From assembly GCA_025336685.1 (NCBI GenBank), contig GCA_025336685.1_4717.1: a DNA stretch of 64,000 nucleotides; one strand, 5' to 3'. The notes under the pieces are model-generated. The model ran no database searches. It saw only the letters and a list, made by a program, of their open reading frames with translations, and was not told where the DNA came from. Positions 37,635-48,663 of this stretch are shown here, in pieces (position 1 is the first letter of the stretch; each line of letters opens with the position of its first letter). The DNA comes from Escherichia coli. GTDB lineage: Bacteria > Pseudomonadota > Gammaproteobacteria > Enterobacterales > Enterobacteriaceae. The position numbers and the translations under genes are program-made.

Positions 37635-39374
37635 TTATGCGACTTTACTAATAACGACTGCGGTGATACCAAGATGTAGGTCAACGCCATTCTGTACTTT
37701 AATCCAGCGGATATACAGGTTAGCGTTATCCTGTCCCGTACCACCTGGGACGTTATTGTTCTTATTCCATTGTGAGATTTCGAAACGTTTCTGCACGTTA
37801 GGACCAACCATGATTTCAAAATGGGTCGGTTCTGGCGCTTTCGATTCCGTCTTCTCAAGATAGAGCGGATGTGTCGCGTAGTAAAGCTGGTTCAACCATT
37901 CACCCAGATCTGAGTGTTTGTTCGTCAAGTCAACATACGCGTTACCAGCAACATCGTAAGTAAACAACGCTTTCGTGTTACGGCCATACACGTCCGTTGT
38001 CGTCGGCGTTGTTTGCGAACTAAATGTTACTGTCCAGTAATCACCGGATGTTGCCGAACCTGCTTGCAGTAACGTCATTCGAATAGTCTGCGTATGACGT
38101 ACGCGTTTGTAAACGGTAGGATCGACTTCATCTAACCAGATATTGTACGCAAATTCCTGGGGTTGTCCGTATTTCTTCGGATTAAACTCAGGACTGTTCA
38201 GTGCCAATTGTACTTTATCGGTTACGTTGTAGTATCGCTCACGGTCAACGTTGTACAACCAGAATACCAGCTCATATCCCACTGCATCAGATACCCATTG
38301 CGGATAGCAGAACAGTTTAACACTGTATGCCCCTTTCGCTTCTTTAGAAACAACTGTATAAGGGACACTAATATGTTTCACTGCACCAGGTAACGCGTAG
38401 GATGTGTCCTCATCGTCGTCCAGGTAGTAGTGTAACGCCAGCGGATGTTTGCTGTTGATGACCTGGGACGTGAAGACGTTAAGACCATCCAATACAACCT
38501 TGTTACCAGTAACCGGCCAATGTTTAATGGAGCCGTCACTGTAAGTGACTTCAGCCTGAAGGTCAACGGAGTCCAGGTTGACGTTGATCGGCAACTCAAG
38601 CAGTTTGGTATCGCTGCTGCTCAGCCACGTTGACTTCAGTCGTACCCCGTCTTCCAGAATATATTTAATACCCTGGTCTGGAGTGCGTACGTAGTCAGTG
38701 ATACGAACGATCATGCGCTTCATGGATAACGGCTGCGGACCGTCACCATAACCCACTACCATCACCTGCTCAAAATCTTCGACGGGTTTAATGCAGTAAC
38801 CTTCGCGGGGTGCCCAGATGGCTTTATTCGTTCCGTCTTTGTAAGCGATAAGCTGACACGGAATGAAGTCACTGATCTTATTTCCGCTGTTGTCATACAT
38901 TGCACTGATGATTTCGCCTTTGGCGCTAATATCAGAACCACGGAACACCGCGATACGTCGAATATCCGAACCATGTAGATGGAAACGACGATCGATATTC
39001 ATCGTAGCTGGGATCGTGTTCGTATTAATCAATACACGCCATGTGTCGTACGACCACGTCGGATCGATACCTTCAAAGGTTGTCGTCCCATCGCCCTGAC
39101 CGTCGAACGGAGCAGATAGCTGACCGATAAGTTTAAGGGTACTTAGCTTCGTACGATCATCTACAGCGATAACACGGTATACCGCATTCGTATCCCAGTC
39201 TTCAACCTTATCATCCACGTTGGGAACATAAAGTTTCCAGTCTTCTTCAACGCCATTATAGATCTCTTTATACGCATAGGTGGTATAGCGTCTGTCGAGA
39301 TCCTGAATAGCGAGTTTATCCGGATGCTGTTGTGCGTAAAGCACCGGATTGGTAATTTCTCTTCCCATTATCAC
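37635..39374 (-). CDS. hypothetical protein (579 aa), possible virion protein
   Basis: Long ORF in the structural/packaging block; no motif recognised. Confidence 0.5.
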   Translation of the reverse strand: MIMGREITNPVLYAQQHPDKLAIQDLDRRYTTYAYKEIYNGVEEDWKLYVPNVDDKVEDWDTNAVYRVIAVDDRTKLSTLKLIGQLSAPFDGQGDGTTTFEGIDPTWSYDTWRVLINTNTIPATMNIDRRFHLHGSDIRRIAVFRGSDISAKGEIISAMYDNSGNKISDFIPCQLIAYKDGTNKAIWAPREGYCIKPVEDFEQVMVVGYGDGPQPLSMKRMIVRITDYVRTPDQGIKYILEDGVRLKSTWLSSSDTKLLELPINVNLDSVDLQAEVTYSDGSIKHWPVTGNKVVLDGLNVFTSQVINSKHPLALHYYLDDDEDTSYALPGAVKHISVPYTVVSKEAKGAYSVKLFCYPQWVSDAVGYELVFWLYNVDRERYYNVTDKVQLALNSPEFNPKKYGQPQEFAYNIWLDEVDPTVYKRVRHTQTIRMTLLQAGSATSGDYWTVTFSSQTTPTTTDVYGRNTKALFTYDVAGNAYVDLTNKHSDLGEWLNQLYYATHPLYLEKTESKAPEPTHFEIMVGPNVQKRFEISQWNKNNNVPGGTGQDNANLYIRWIKVQNGVDLHLGITAVVISKVA

Positions 39375-41965
39375 TCACCTTTGATTGTGTAAAACTTCGT
39401 GAAGTCCACGCGATCTTTCAAGAACTCACGACTGACACGTTCTAAGAATCGCAGTTGTTTAACCGTAACTTCGAGCGGTGTCCAACTGTCGTGTGGATGA
39501 ATAGAAACCATCCGCCAATCGTATTTACGTAACGCAGGATCATAGTCATAGAACCATTTATACGGCTCCATGAAATCCATCAGTTTAACGTCCTGCATAT
39601 CAGGATCGGGATCGATAACACCGTTGATGAGATCGTACGTTACAGCCATCAGCGTTGGACTGATAAGCTGGTATTTGTTTTCAATCGTTACCGGCGTATC
39701 ATACTTCACACGAGGGAAATACAAGGACATATAGTCTTCAACGCGTTTATCGGTTTCAAGACTTTTGTCGCGTAGATAATACGTGTCTGTGTTCACGAGA
39801 CCGCGGATAGGGGCAATAACACGGTAAATCGCATAAGGCACCCCGTCGTTGACTTTGATGTCGGTCGGGTATTGCGTGTCCTCTGCGGTAACCACTTCGC
39901 TACGATCGTAAATACGTCCACCAACCACAACACGAACAACATGGTCATCACGAACATTAAACACGTCGTCGTAAGAAAGCTGACCGTGCATCGTCCAACC
40001 AGTATCGTAAACAGCTTCACCGGTTAAGTCCGCGCGCGGAAAACCGGTGCATCTCACGGTAACCGTGTGTGTGTTCCCTTCACTGAAATAACGTTTCGCG
40101 TTGATCATGATCGTTGGCCATTTTACGATATAATCAATATCGCGCACCAAGCTGTAGCTTTTGGTTGCTCGCTCGTCACCTAACCACACTTCGATTTGAC
40201 CAGGTTCGAACGGCAGCGGGTATTCAACATCGATACCCGTGGTAACATCCAACCATACGGTGTGGTTACGATGTTGTATTGTGGTCTTATACGCTAAGAA
40301 GTAGGTGTCGAACAACACTAAACCGGTTTGCTTTCTTCCATCCAACGACCATTTTATTACCCCGTTCTCTTCCGTTACCACAGAAGCATCGTCGGTAACA
40401 TCCTTCCATGTGTTCGCAACAGGTTGTCCGTTACGAAGGTTTACGCTATAGCAACGGTAACTCGCCCATTCACGGATTGGGACGTCGGCAACACCCATCA
40501 CGTAATCGAGCGTTCTTCCACCAACACCCGATCGACCCTCAACATAGGACGTGGTTTCATATTGCGGATAAAAAAGTCGACCTGCGGGATGTTGCGTGAT
40601 ACCCAATAACAGACCGTTACTGTCGTACTCGAAGAACGTCGCGTTTGCACGCAATCCCCATGGTACTTCAGCCGCGGGTGTGCCCATTTTGTCAGTAACA
40701 CGTTGGGGGCTGTCTGCAACCAGTTTCGCCATCGCGTTATACCCGTAAGCAGAGGTCACCATGTCGATCGTGATATTGCTTTCCTTATTACGCATGATAC
40801 GCGTATAGTCACTGGCTTCAAGCGTACGTGCAAAGAACTCAGGTATATTGGCGTTCTGTTCCAACATCGCACCGACGATAACGTCGTCTGGAAGTTTATA
40901 CAATTCGTGGATGCGGTTATGTTCAAAGGTTAAATACGTTTTCAAACCGCTATCACGGACAACCACTTCCAGGGTTAAATCACGAAGCGAATCCGCACCA
41001 TCAATTCGTTCAACGAAATAGCTGACGTAATCAACAGGAATCCCATAATCACGATGTGTGAGCATGCGGATACTGTTTTCCTGGTTGGTGTGGTAATAAC
41101 GTCCTTTTCCGTTAGGGCCTTTCACGTAGATATCAACGTCATCACGATATTGGATTTTAGTATCCACTTCATCTTTCGGTGGGTGAATAAGATACTTCAC
41201 TTTTTTATCCAGATCGCTGTTGTACGTTTTAAGATCTTCTACACGGAAGCTATATCGATGTACAACCGTACCGTCATAGACGACTTGAATGCTATCACCG
41301 ATCTTAAAACTTGACGGTGGGATATCATCAACCGCTTCACCGTTGATGCTGCAATGCGTCCAACCGATTCCGGTTTCCTGGATCTTTTTACGCCATGCGT
41401 ATAGCTGACGTTGCCACTGCAGAACCTGTGTTGAACTGGTTACAATCCCCCCAAGGACATGCACTTCGCGTCCCGTCGGTTTCGTGTATGATGGATAACC
41501 TTCCGCGAAGTCAGCATTGAGATAGGTGCGCCAGTAATAATCACCAACGCCAAGGTCAGCGATATTCGGTTGGTCTAGCACACAGACCAACATCGTTTCG
41601 TTTTCCAGATTACCTGTCCATGTCAATGTCAGCGGGAATTCTTTACCGTCCTCAGTATAGATGTTGTAATATGAACCCTTCACTTCGCAGAACTTGCTGA
41701 GTTCTCGCCACCACAACCGCCCAGCCCCGACATTAAAATCCTCACCCATATGTCGTCCGATAACAAACACATGGAACGTATTCGTGTCGTCAGGAAGATT
41801 GAATGTACGATGCCAAGCTGTAAAGTTTTTTACGGCACCGGTCTTTCCGGTAATACGACGCATCTTGATACGATGCTGGTTGTCCATTAATGGACGACAG
41901 TTCACATTCAGCGCAGCATGATTTATCAAGTATTGCGCTGTAGGATTAGAAGCGTTCAACACCAC
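39371..41965 (-). CDS. hypothetical large protein (864 aa), possible virion protein
   Basis: Long ORF with 4-nt overlap to the downstream gene. Confidence 0.55.
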   Translation of the reverse strand: MVLNASNPTAQYLINHAALNVNCRPLMDNQHRIKMRRITGKTGAVKNFTAWHRTFNLPDDTNTFHVFVIGRHMGEDFNVGAGRLWWRELSKFCEVKGSYYNIYTEDGKEFPLTLTWTGNLENETMLVCVLDQPNIADLGVGDYYWRTYLNADFAEGYPSYTKPTGREVHVLGGIVTSSTQVLQWQRQLYAWRKKIQETGIGWTHCSINGEAVDDIPPSSFKIGDSIQVVYDGTVVHRYSFRVEDLKTYNSDLDKKVKYLIHPPKDEVDTKIQYRDDVDIYVKGPNGKGRYYHTNQENSIRMLTHRDYGIPVDYVSYFVERIDGADSLRDLTLEVVVRDSGLKTYLTFEHNRIHELYKLPDDVIVGAMLEQNANIPEFFARTLEASDYTRIMRNKESNITIDMVTSAYGYNAMAKLVADSPQRVTDKMGTPAAEVPWGLRANATFFEYDSNGLLLGITQHPAGRLFYPQYETTSYVEGRSGVGGRTLDYVMGVADVPIREWASYRCYSVNLRNGQPVANTWKDVTDDASVVTEENGVIKWSLDGRKQTGLVLFDTYFLAYKTTIQHRNHTVWLDVTTGIDVEYPLPFEPGQIEVWLGDERATKSYSLVRDIDYIVKWPTIMINAKRYFSEGNTHTVTVRCTGFPRADLTGEAVYDTGWTMHGQLSYDDVFNVRDDHVVRVVVGGRIYDRSEVVTAEDTQYPTDIKVNDGVPYAIYRVIAPIRGLVNTDTYYLRDKSLETDKRVEDYMSLYFPRVKYDTPVTIENKYQLISPTLMAVTYDLINGVIDPDPDMQDVKLMDFMEPYKWFYDYDPALRKYDWRMVSIHPHDSWTPLEVTVKQLRFLERVSREFLKDRVDFTKFYTIKGE

Positions 41966-42893
41966 GGCATGCCTCCAGGAGGTATTTCATGTTGGCTTGG
42001 AAATCATTGACGTCACGCGCCATACGACGCTGATCCGCCATGAGACGAGCCAACACGGTATCACGGTAACCACGATCGTGGTCAGCAGCAGAGCATAAAA
42101 GAATAAATGTTGGCGGATGCTCTAAAGCAATCCCAGCAACTTCTTTACTATAACCCCCAACCCAGCTGTAAGCGGTGATTTCAAATAACAACGCTTGGGT
42201 TAACGTGTTCAAACGGGGACTAATATTACTTTCTTTTAATGCTGTTACGAAAGCTGCCATGTTAGGGATATAACCCAGGTTTTCGGTTGCGATACCGATG
42301 CTCGCAAAATCGTAACGAAGCGTTGTCTGGATGGTGCGCACCATAGTTAGTCTTTCATTATTTGTAAGGCTATCTTTAAACAAGCAAAGATAATACCATG
42401 CGGTTATGATGGCAACATCGCGACGTTGCTGAAGATCCAGCCCTAAACGTTGTGTGATTTGTCCGCTAATCCAATCACAAAAGACACGCATCGGGATAGG
42501 GCCAAGACGTTCAAAAGGACGTGTGCCCAAGGATTCCCATCCTACCTGAAGATACGCACGTGATTGAAGAAAGTTATATTCACGTTCGTTAACAACGGTA
42601 GTACGCGATCCTGGGCGTGAGGTGTCTGTTGGGGTGCGTGCGTAAGCGCGCTGGTCGACAACAACGCGTCGTCCATCCATCACCGTTTTAATGACCAACG
42701 GATGGCCAAAAGAAGGGATATCGTCCAGCGTATTTTTGTTGCCGATAACTTCGAGAACGGGGGTGTTTACAGCACTTTCTTCACCTGGTGCACTTAACAA
42801 TCCGCCGACGTAAGCAATTTCGACAGCGGTTCGGATACGGTCAACGCCTTTCAGTTTTGTTCCAACAGTTGTGTCGTAAGGAGAGATGAACAT
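41946..42893 (-). CDS. hypothetical protein (315 aa)
   Basis: ORF divergent from the tail sheath gene. Confidence 0.5.
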   Translation of the reverse strand: MFISPYDTTVGTKLKGVDRIRTAVEIAYVGGLLSAPGEESAVNTPVLEVIGNKNTLDDIPSFGHPLVIKTVMDGRRVVVDQRAYARTPTDTSRPGSRTTVVNEREYNFLQSRAYLQVGWESLGTRPFERLGPIPMRVFCDWISGQITQRLGLDLQQRRDVAIITAWYYLCLFKDSLTNNERLTMVRTIQTTLRYDFASIGIATENLGYIPNMAAFVTALKESNISPRLNTLTQALLFEITAYSWVGGYSKEVAGIALEHPPTFILLCSAADHDRGYRDTVLARLMADQRRMARDVNDFQANMKYLLEACRGVERF

Positions 42894-43036
42894 ATGTAAT
42901 TCCTTTATTACGGCATATAAGAAAACGGGTTAAGCACACAGATTTACGCATAATTGTAATTTTTTACGTTATGCCTATGACATTGTGTCACGTGTGCAAT
43001 TATGTCATACAATTTCCTTAAATTAAGGAGAGTTCC

Positions 43037-45109
43037 ATGAGGCTTAAGAATAGCACGCCTCGCGCGATTTTTACGGGCTTTAAAGAGGGTCTTACCACGG
43101 ATCCGGTTACAGCCCCAGAGATCACGCCCATTCACCTCCCGTATGTATTCATTCAGGGTGGTCGTGGTAAAGAGGACACCTTGCTGTTAACAGGGGACGC
43201 CCTGTCTACAGTTTACGGTGAAGATATGCTGAACTACCGTAGTAAGTACGCTTCTCCAGCAACACTGATTGCTCGCCAAGCTGCTTCTACGGGTAGCGCG
43301 ATCTTCACAAAACGTTTGGTTGCGCCGGATGCAACGGCAGCACGCCTCCGTATCGGTGTTGAAGTGGTCGCCGATAAACTGGTCGTTTACCAGCGTAATG
43401 CTGACGGGTCTTTCAAAAAGGACACCGCCGGTAACAAAATCCCCGACGGCGATAAAACCGTTGATGGGTTGAAACTGCGTTGGGTTGTTAACCACGACAA
43501 AGATGCTGAAACGCCGAATGTTTTCGGTAAAGATGAAGTGGTTATCGGCCAACTGACGGCAACTGACGGTACCCAGAGTAACTACTATCCTATTCTGGAT
43601 GGGTTAGTAAGCTGGCGTGGTGCTGACGGGGATAACATCGGCGTGCGTTTGGAAGCACCGACCGCGCTGAGCAGTAACCCTACCCGTACCGATATTATCG
43701 AACGCATCGGTGCTTTCCTGTACCGCATCCAGTTCGTGGAACGCAAGTCTTCACGTACTGCGCCGACAGTCATTCGTACAATCAGCGGTATGGAACAAGA
43801 AACCTTCGCACTGCAGGAAGGTGTTATCCAACCTGATGATGAAACCGATCTGTCCTTCGGTAAAGTGGTCGTTGACGCCTACGAGTATAATGAGACGGGT
43901 AACACCCCGATCTTTGCTCCGATGGATCAGATGCATCTTTATCAGAAGAACATCGACGAAATCGTCAAGAAGCTGTACGAATCTGAAAGCAAAGCTAACA
44001 ACGATCTGTTAACCGACGTCGAATTCGTCGAAGGCCAGATGAACATCTTCACTGGTGTTGATTACAACGGTATTCCGTATCAAACCATCGAAGTTCTCGA
44101 TGCGGATCAGGGCGGCGCTATCTTCGATGGTACCAGCACCTTCTACGCAATCGATGGTAGTGATGGCGACGTAAGCTGGGATACCTTCGATGCGTTAGCG
44201 AAGCAGCAGTTCGAATCGTTCGGCAACATGGGTGAAGACCTGGAAGACATGGCTTTCTATCCGTTCTCTATTGTGTACGACATTGGTTACAAAGTCGACA
44301 CGAAGAAAGCGATGGCGAATGTCTTGTCTCTGCGTCCTGACGTCATGATCATTGCATCAACCCACACCTGGAAGGGCGTGGAGCTGAACGTCGACGAAGA
44401 AAGCTCCATGGGTGCAATGCTGCGTAACTACTACCGTCTGCATCCAGAAAGCGTGCTTTACAATACCCCAGCCTGTCGTGCTGCTGTGTTCATGCAATAT
44501 GGCGAAAGCATCGAAGCGCCAAGCCTGGGTAAAGTTCCGCTAACGCTGGAAGTTGCTAATAAACTTGCAACGTACATGGGTGCTTCAGATGGTGTTATCC
44601 GCGGTACCCGCATCGATAACAACCCTGGTAACGTTGTCACAACGATGCGTAAAATCAACAAGACGTATCGTAACGCAACGGTCCGCGATCGTGATTGGGA
44701 AAACGGCTTGAACTATGTTCAGACCTACAACCGTAATTCCAACTTCTTCCCGGCTTGGGGCACGATCTACAATAACGACCGTTCGGTATGGCGTTCGTTG
44801 ATCAACGTGATCATCGGCTGCGATCTGACCCGTGTGTGTTATCGTCTCTGGGCAGAAACCACCGGTACTACAGGAATGGATGAAGCGCTGTTCCTGAAGC
44901 TGATGGGTGAACGCTTCCTGGAATACACCACGGGTCGTTACAACGATCACGTGACCGTTAAAGGACGTTTCTACCTGGATAAAGAAGACGGTTACAACGG
45001 CTTCAGCTATCACGGCGATATTAGCCTTATCGGCGATCCGGGTATGACCGTGGGTACGTTTACCATCACCGGGCTGCGTCGTAACACCGAAGCAGCAGAA
45101 GCGGCGTAA
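43037..45109 (+). CDS. putative tail sheath protein
   Basis: 690-aa ORF with strong RBS (AAGGAGAG), followed 15 nt later by a roughly 300-aa ORF and then a strong terminator, which is the typical sheath-tube arrangement. Size matches myovirus sheath proteins. No motif-level confirmation. Confidence 0.5.
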   Translation: MRLKNSTPRAIFTGFKEGLTTDPVTAPEITPIHLPYVFIQGGRGKEDTLLLTGDALSTVYGEDMLNYRSKYASPATLIARQAASTGSAIFTKRLVAPDATAARLRIGVEVVADKLVVYQRNADGSFKKDTAGNKIPDGDKTVDGLKLRWVVNHDKDAETPNVFGKDEVVIGQLTATDGTQSNYYPILDGLVSWRGADGDNIGVRLEAPTALSSNPTRTDIIERIGAFLYRIQFVERKSSRTAPTVIRTISGMEQETFALQEGVIQPDDETDLSFGKVVVDAYEYNETGNTPIFAPMDQMHLYQKNIDEIVKKLYESESKANNDLLTDVEFVEGQMNIFTGVDYNGIPYQTIEVLDADQGGAIFDGTSTFYAIDGSDGDVSWDTFDALAKQQFESFGNMGEDLEDMAFYPFSIVYDIGYKVDTKKAMANVLSLRPDVMIIASTHTWKGVELNVDEESSMGAMLRNYYRLHPESVLYNTPACRAAVFMQYGESIEAPSLGKVPLTLEVANKLATYMGASDGVIRGTRIDNNPGNVVTTMRKINKTYRNATVRDRDWENGLNYVQTYNRNSNFFPAWGTIYNNDRSVWRSLINVIIGCDLTRVCYRLWAETTGTTGMDEALFLKLMGERFLEYTTGRYNDHVTVKGRFYLDKEDGYNGFSYHGDISLIGDPGMTVGTFTITGLRRNTEAAEAA

Positions 45110-45124
45110 TGAGAGGAGTCCATA

Positions 45125-46015
45125 ATGCGTCCTGATAATACCCTACTCGGTGAACAGGGTGTTGGTGCTCTTAGCAACGCGGCTATGGTCGATATTCGTG
45201 CAGGTGCCCAAAACGGGTACATCAGCAATATCGGTACGTACGTTGCTAACGCCAACTACATTCCGAACCAAATGTTCTGTCTCCTGCTGGAGGCACCACG
45301 TGGTTTCAACTATCTACCTAACCCGGATGTACAGATTGGTTATCTGAAGGCGCTGGTAGAAGAGGTTGCGCATTCGATTACCGGTCTGCAACGCGGATTG
45401 GAAGTTGAATTCGTTAGCGTCCCGGTTTCTGGTTCCGGTGAAATCCAGGAAGAAGTCTCTGACGTTAAACGTCCTCGCTCTAACCCGACTTTCGGGATCT
45501 ATGAGAAAGAAGGTCGTTCCGTTAGTTACTTCCTGGAACAATGGATCACGTATCTGTTGATGGATCCGGATGCCAAATATCCGATGTTGTCGTCTATCGT
45601 ATCCACCGGTGGTCCAACCGACCTGCTGGCGGATTATCGTAGCGCAACAATGCTGTTCGTTGAGCCAGACCGTCAACACAAGAAAGTGGTTAACGCCTGG
45701 CTGTGCACGAACATGATGCCTCACGGTACCGGTGACTGGACATCACGTCGTAACAAGAACGATGCGCCAAACGTGGTAGAATTGAGCATTCAGTTCACTG
45801 CGTTAACACAGACCAACTACGGCGTGCGTGCTTTTGCACAACGTCTGCTGGATAAGATGAACCTGCTTAAAGTGAACCCGGATTTCCGTCCGGCTTATCT
45901 GAGCGACATCGATCCTGCTGTGGCAGCGCAGAAGGTTGGCTACACCTTCGACTTTGATAACAGCGATACCTTTGAGGTACCGAACGCTTATCAAAACGTA
46001 ACACCTCGCGTGTAA
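45125..46015 (+). CDS. putative tail tube protein
   Basis: 296-aa ORF immediately downstream of the sheath candidate with GAGAGGAG RBS; terminator follows. Confidence 0.4.
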   Translation: MRPDNTLLGEQGVGALSNAAMVDIRAGAQNGYISNIGTYVANANYIPNQMFCLLLEAPRGFNYLPNPDVQIGYLKALVEEVAHSITGLQRGLEVEFVSVPVSGSGEIQEEVSDVKRPRSNPTFGIYEKEGRSVSYFLEQWITYLLMDPDAKYPMLSSIVSTGGPTDLLADYRSATMLFVEPDRQHKKVVNAWLCTNMMPHGTGDWTSRRNKNDAPNVVELSIQFTALTQTNYGVRAFAQRLLDKMNLLKVNPDFRPAYLSDIDPAVAAQKVGYTFDFDNSDTFEVPNAYQNVTPRV

Positions 46016-46040
46016 CGTAAAAAAAAAGCATATTAACCTC

Positions 46041-46077
46041 CCTTCCTTCCCCGGCCTTGATGGCTAGGGAAGGAAGG
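46041..46077. terminator. bidirectional terminator CCTTCCTTCCC-N15-GGGAAGGAAGG flanked by A-run and T-run
   Basis: 11-bp perfect stem, AAAAAAA upstream and TTTATGGTTTATTT downstream; between convergent genes 45125-46015 (+) and 46090-46629 (-). Confidence 0.6.
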
Positions 46078-46089
46078 TTTATGGTTTAT

Positions 46090-46629
46090 TTACTGTTTGT
46101 TCTTAGCTTCGCGAATGAAAATAACGTCAGGATATTCTTGAGATTCAATGAATTCAGGATTACGATAACGACGAATATGACGCATCGCCGTACAGGCAAG
46201 TTTGTAAAGATGTTCCTCCTCACGTTGCGTTAATAACATCAGCTGTGTGTCTGGAATCACGAATGGAAGTCTTTCATTCACATATTCCCGGAGGTCATCG
46301 AGATCATCATGATGAATACCCTCTGAGAGTTTATATAACGCTTCCAGCAGTTCTAATCCGCCAAACTGGTAACTTCCTATTGTCGTCTTAAACAATGCGC
46401 CAGAACGCGTGGTGGATGCTCTATCGGCAACATCGTACTGTTCCAACACATATCCGTAGACCATGCTACGTCGATCCAGTGTATCTGTAACGAGATTACG
46501 CCATCGTTCCAGTCTTTTGAGCGCCTTGTCGATAGAGTAAACGATCATGCCGTGCTCATCTAACTCTTCTGCGATACCCATTAGTTCGGTGTTGTTCGGT
46601 TTTGCTGCGCCGATAAGAAAAACACTCAT
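46090..46629 (-). CDS. hypothetical protein (179 aa)
   Basis: ORF. Confidence 0.45.
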   Translation of the reverse strand: MSVFLIGAAKPNNTELMGIAEELDEHGMIVYSIDKALKRLERWRNLVTDTLDRRSMVYGYVLEQYDVADRASTTRSGALFKTTIGSYQFGGLELLEALYKLSEGIHHDDLDDLREYVNERLPFVIPDTQLMLLTQREEEHLYKLACTAMRHIRRYRNPEFIESQEYPDVIFIREAKNKQ

Positions 46630-47090
46630 TACTCAAACTCCTTATTCCAAAACTCGATTAACGAATCGAGCTGTTCCTTACTGGTTATCTCACCTCCCTT
46701 AACAAAATGAAATCGTTCTTGAATCGCGATCTTTTCAAGGATATCGGTAAGCAAATGACGATGACAGAAATTTCCTGCAGGACAATAACACCCTAACACC
46801 ATAACCGGATGGGAGAATAAAGACAACCATTCCGATGTATGATCAACAAAGCTTTTACGCATGAGTGCGTAGTAGCCTGCGGTATATTCATCCTCGGTTA
46901 ACGTTTTTGATTTGATTCCTGTAACAAGTTCCCATGAAGGTGCGTAGAGCGGGTTACCTGTTTTCACCGTTGTGTCCAGTAGGAACGCCCGTGTGTCTGA
47001 AAGCCAACGATATTTAGCTAATTGAAGGGTGTATAAAAACATAGCACTAACCCCCAAAGGATAAAAATAAAACCTTAACATAACCACCAC
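46629..47090 (-). CDS. hypothetical protein with Cys/His cluster (GCYCPAGNFCHRHLL)
   Basis: ORF; conserved-looking C-x-C...C-H-R-H motif suggests a small metal-binding domain of unknown function. Confidence 0.4.
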   Translation of the reverse strand: MVVMLRFYFYPLGVSAMFLYTLQLAKYRWLSDTRAFLLDTTVKTGNPLYAPSWELVTGIKSKTLTEDEYTAGYYALMRKSFVDHTSEWLSLFSHPVMVLGCYCPAGNFCHRHLLTDILEKIAIQERFHFVKGGEITSKEQLDSLIEFWNKEFE

Positions 47091-47147
47091 CGCAACCCCA
47101 TTACAGGGCTACGGTGGGGTCATACAGAGAGACGTGTTATGTTACAA

Positions 47148-47627
47148 TCAGTCTTTCAACAGCTCGGCTGCATACGCACTGATGTTGTCGCGAATATGCT
47201 TAACCTGAGTTGTCGGGAAAGATTTCTTATACGCGGTGGTCAGACGTCCGTAAACCTGTTTCTTCTCGTTAGAGCCGAAACCAACTTCAGCGCTACGTTG
47301 AACTGTTGCAGACACAACGTCTTTGCCCAGCGGCAGCGTCACAGAAACAACGTCAACCTGCTTGTTATCCGCCATGAACTGCGCGCCAACACGGCCAACC
47401 GCCAGACCGTGAGCCAGACCGATATCGGTGGTCAGTTTCTGTGCTTTTTCCAGGATTTCTTTTTCTTCCGGCGTTACCAGAGTACCCAGGAAATCACTGC
47501 CCAGCTTCTGGCTACCTGATTCGTCCAGTTTGAGGCCAGCGGCGATTTTATCAGAAAGGGCCTGAACTTCCGGACGTACGTTAGAAGTGGTTTCAGTTGC
47601 TACGGTGGTTTCTACAGCTTCAGACAT
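47148..47627 (-). CDS. hypothetical protein (159 aa)
   Basis: ORF downstream of a TATATTAC promoter. Confidence 0.5.
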   Translation of the reverse strand: MSEAVETTVATETTSNVRPEVQALSDKIAAGLKLDESGSQKLGSDFLGTLVTPEEKEILEKAQKLTTDIGLAHGLAVGRVGAQFMADNKQVDVVSVTLPLGKDVVSATVQRSAEVGFGSNEKKQVYGRLTTAYKKSFPTTQVKHIRDNISAYAAELLKD

Positions 47628-47749
47628 GTTAATACTCCAATTAGTTTTTTCGATCGATCAAAAGGATAAAATCAGAAGATTCTTTCTTCATAGGGAAAAC
47701 ACAAGTCGGTTAAGGTTTACTTCTTAAACTCCTTGCGTTCTATCAGTTA

Positions 47750-47767
47750 GGTAATATAGACCTCAAC
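47750..47767 (-). promoter_or_regulatory. phage promoter, minus-strand gttgaggTCTATATTACC
   Basis: Plus-strand gtaatata at 47751-47758; matches the extended consensus. Confidence 0.6.
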
Positions 47768-48560
47768 TTTTTTCCAATAATGCCGCAACGTTCCGCGCGA
47801 AACGAATAACTTTGTAATTGCGGGTTTGTTTGACATCTTCTCCATCACTATCATCTTCGGACGGATCTTCCCACATGAAGTCTTGTTCGTCCGCTTTCTG
47901 TAAGTAGTGGTATAACTGCACCATGCTGCGTGCGGTTGGAGAGATAGCGCGAAGTTCGTCTAAATCTTCATCGGTAAGCAGAACATGCGGTGAACGCAGT
48001 GGTTCCATTGCCGTATTACACAGCAGACGAATAAGCAGATCGACACACGGAATAACGGAACTTGGTGAGGCGATTTCTGGGTGTAGTGTATAACCCCAGT
48101 ACACGCTGTTAAAATAGGCCAATACCGCAGGTAGTGAAGGATGTTCCATCACACGACCAATTTGCTGTCTTACAATAGATGCACGATCGTTCAGTACATC
48201 GAGAGTAATTTGTTGCGGTTCCATAACAGCGAGTGACATACCGTACGCATCGGCTACGCCAAGGATTTCATGAAGAGCCGAACGCTCTTCTTCTGCGGAT
48301 GTTGTCCCGATCGCTTTACGTCCAGCAAGTTCGATTAGCATCGGTGAAACAGTTTCTTTAACCTCGTTTAAAGAAGCCTGGTAAGCATGTTTGTGAAGGT
48401 ACAGTGTCCACGCTAATGCGCGCTCAGCTGCATGAAGCAGATCGACATAAGACTGTTCTTGATAGCATGGTCCGTACACGCTCACCGCAAGCTTGGTGGC
48501 TTTCTCGGAAGCTTGCATAATAGCATCAGGTGATTTAGGCATATCGCGTTCTTCTTGCAT
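47763..48560 (-). CDS. hypothetical protein (265 aa)
   Basis: ORF. Confidence 0.5.
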   Translation of the reverse strand: MQEERDMPKSPDAIMQASEKATKLAVSVYGPCYQEQSYVDLLHAAERALAWTLYLHKHAYQASLNEVKETVSPMLIELAGRKAIGTTSAEEERSALHEILGVADAYGMSLAVMEPQQITLDVLNDRASIVRQQIGRVMEHPSLPAVLAYFNSVYWGYTLHPEIASPSSVIPCVDLLIRLLCNTAMEPLRSPHVLLTDEDLDELRAISPTARSMVQLYHYLQKADEQDFMWEDPSEDDSDGEDVKQTRNYKVIRFARNVAALLEKS

Positions 48561-48663
48561 CTTTTAAATTCCTACTTAACAATAAAGTTTATATACGGCG
48601 TATGTATCCGTAGAATAATGAGTTCTGGTAAGATCTTACATCAAAATGACGGCATAAAAAGTA

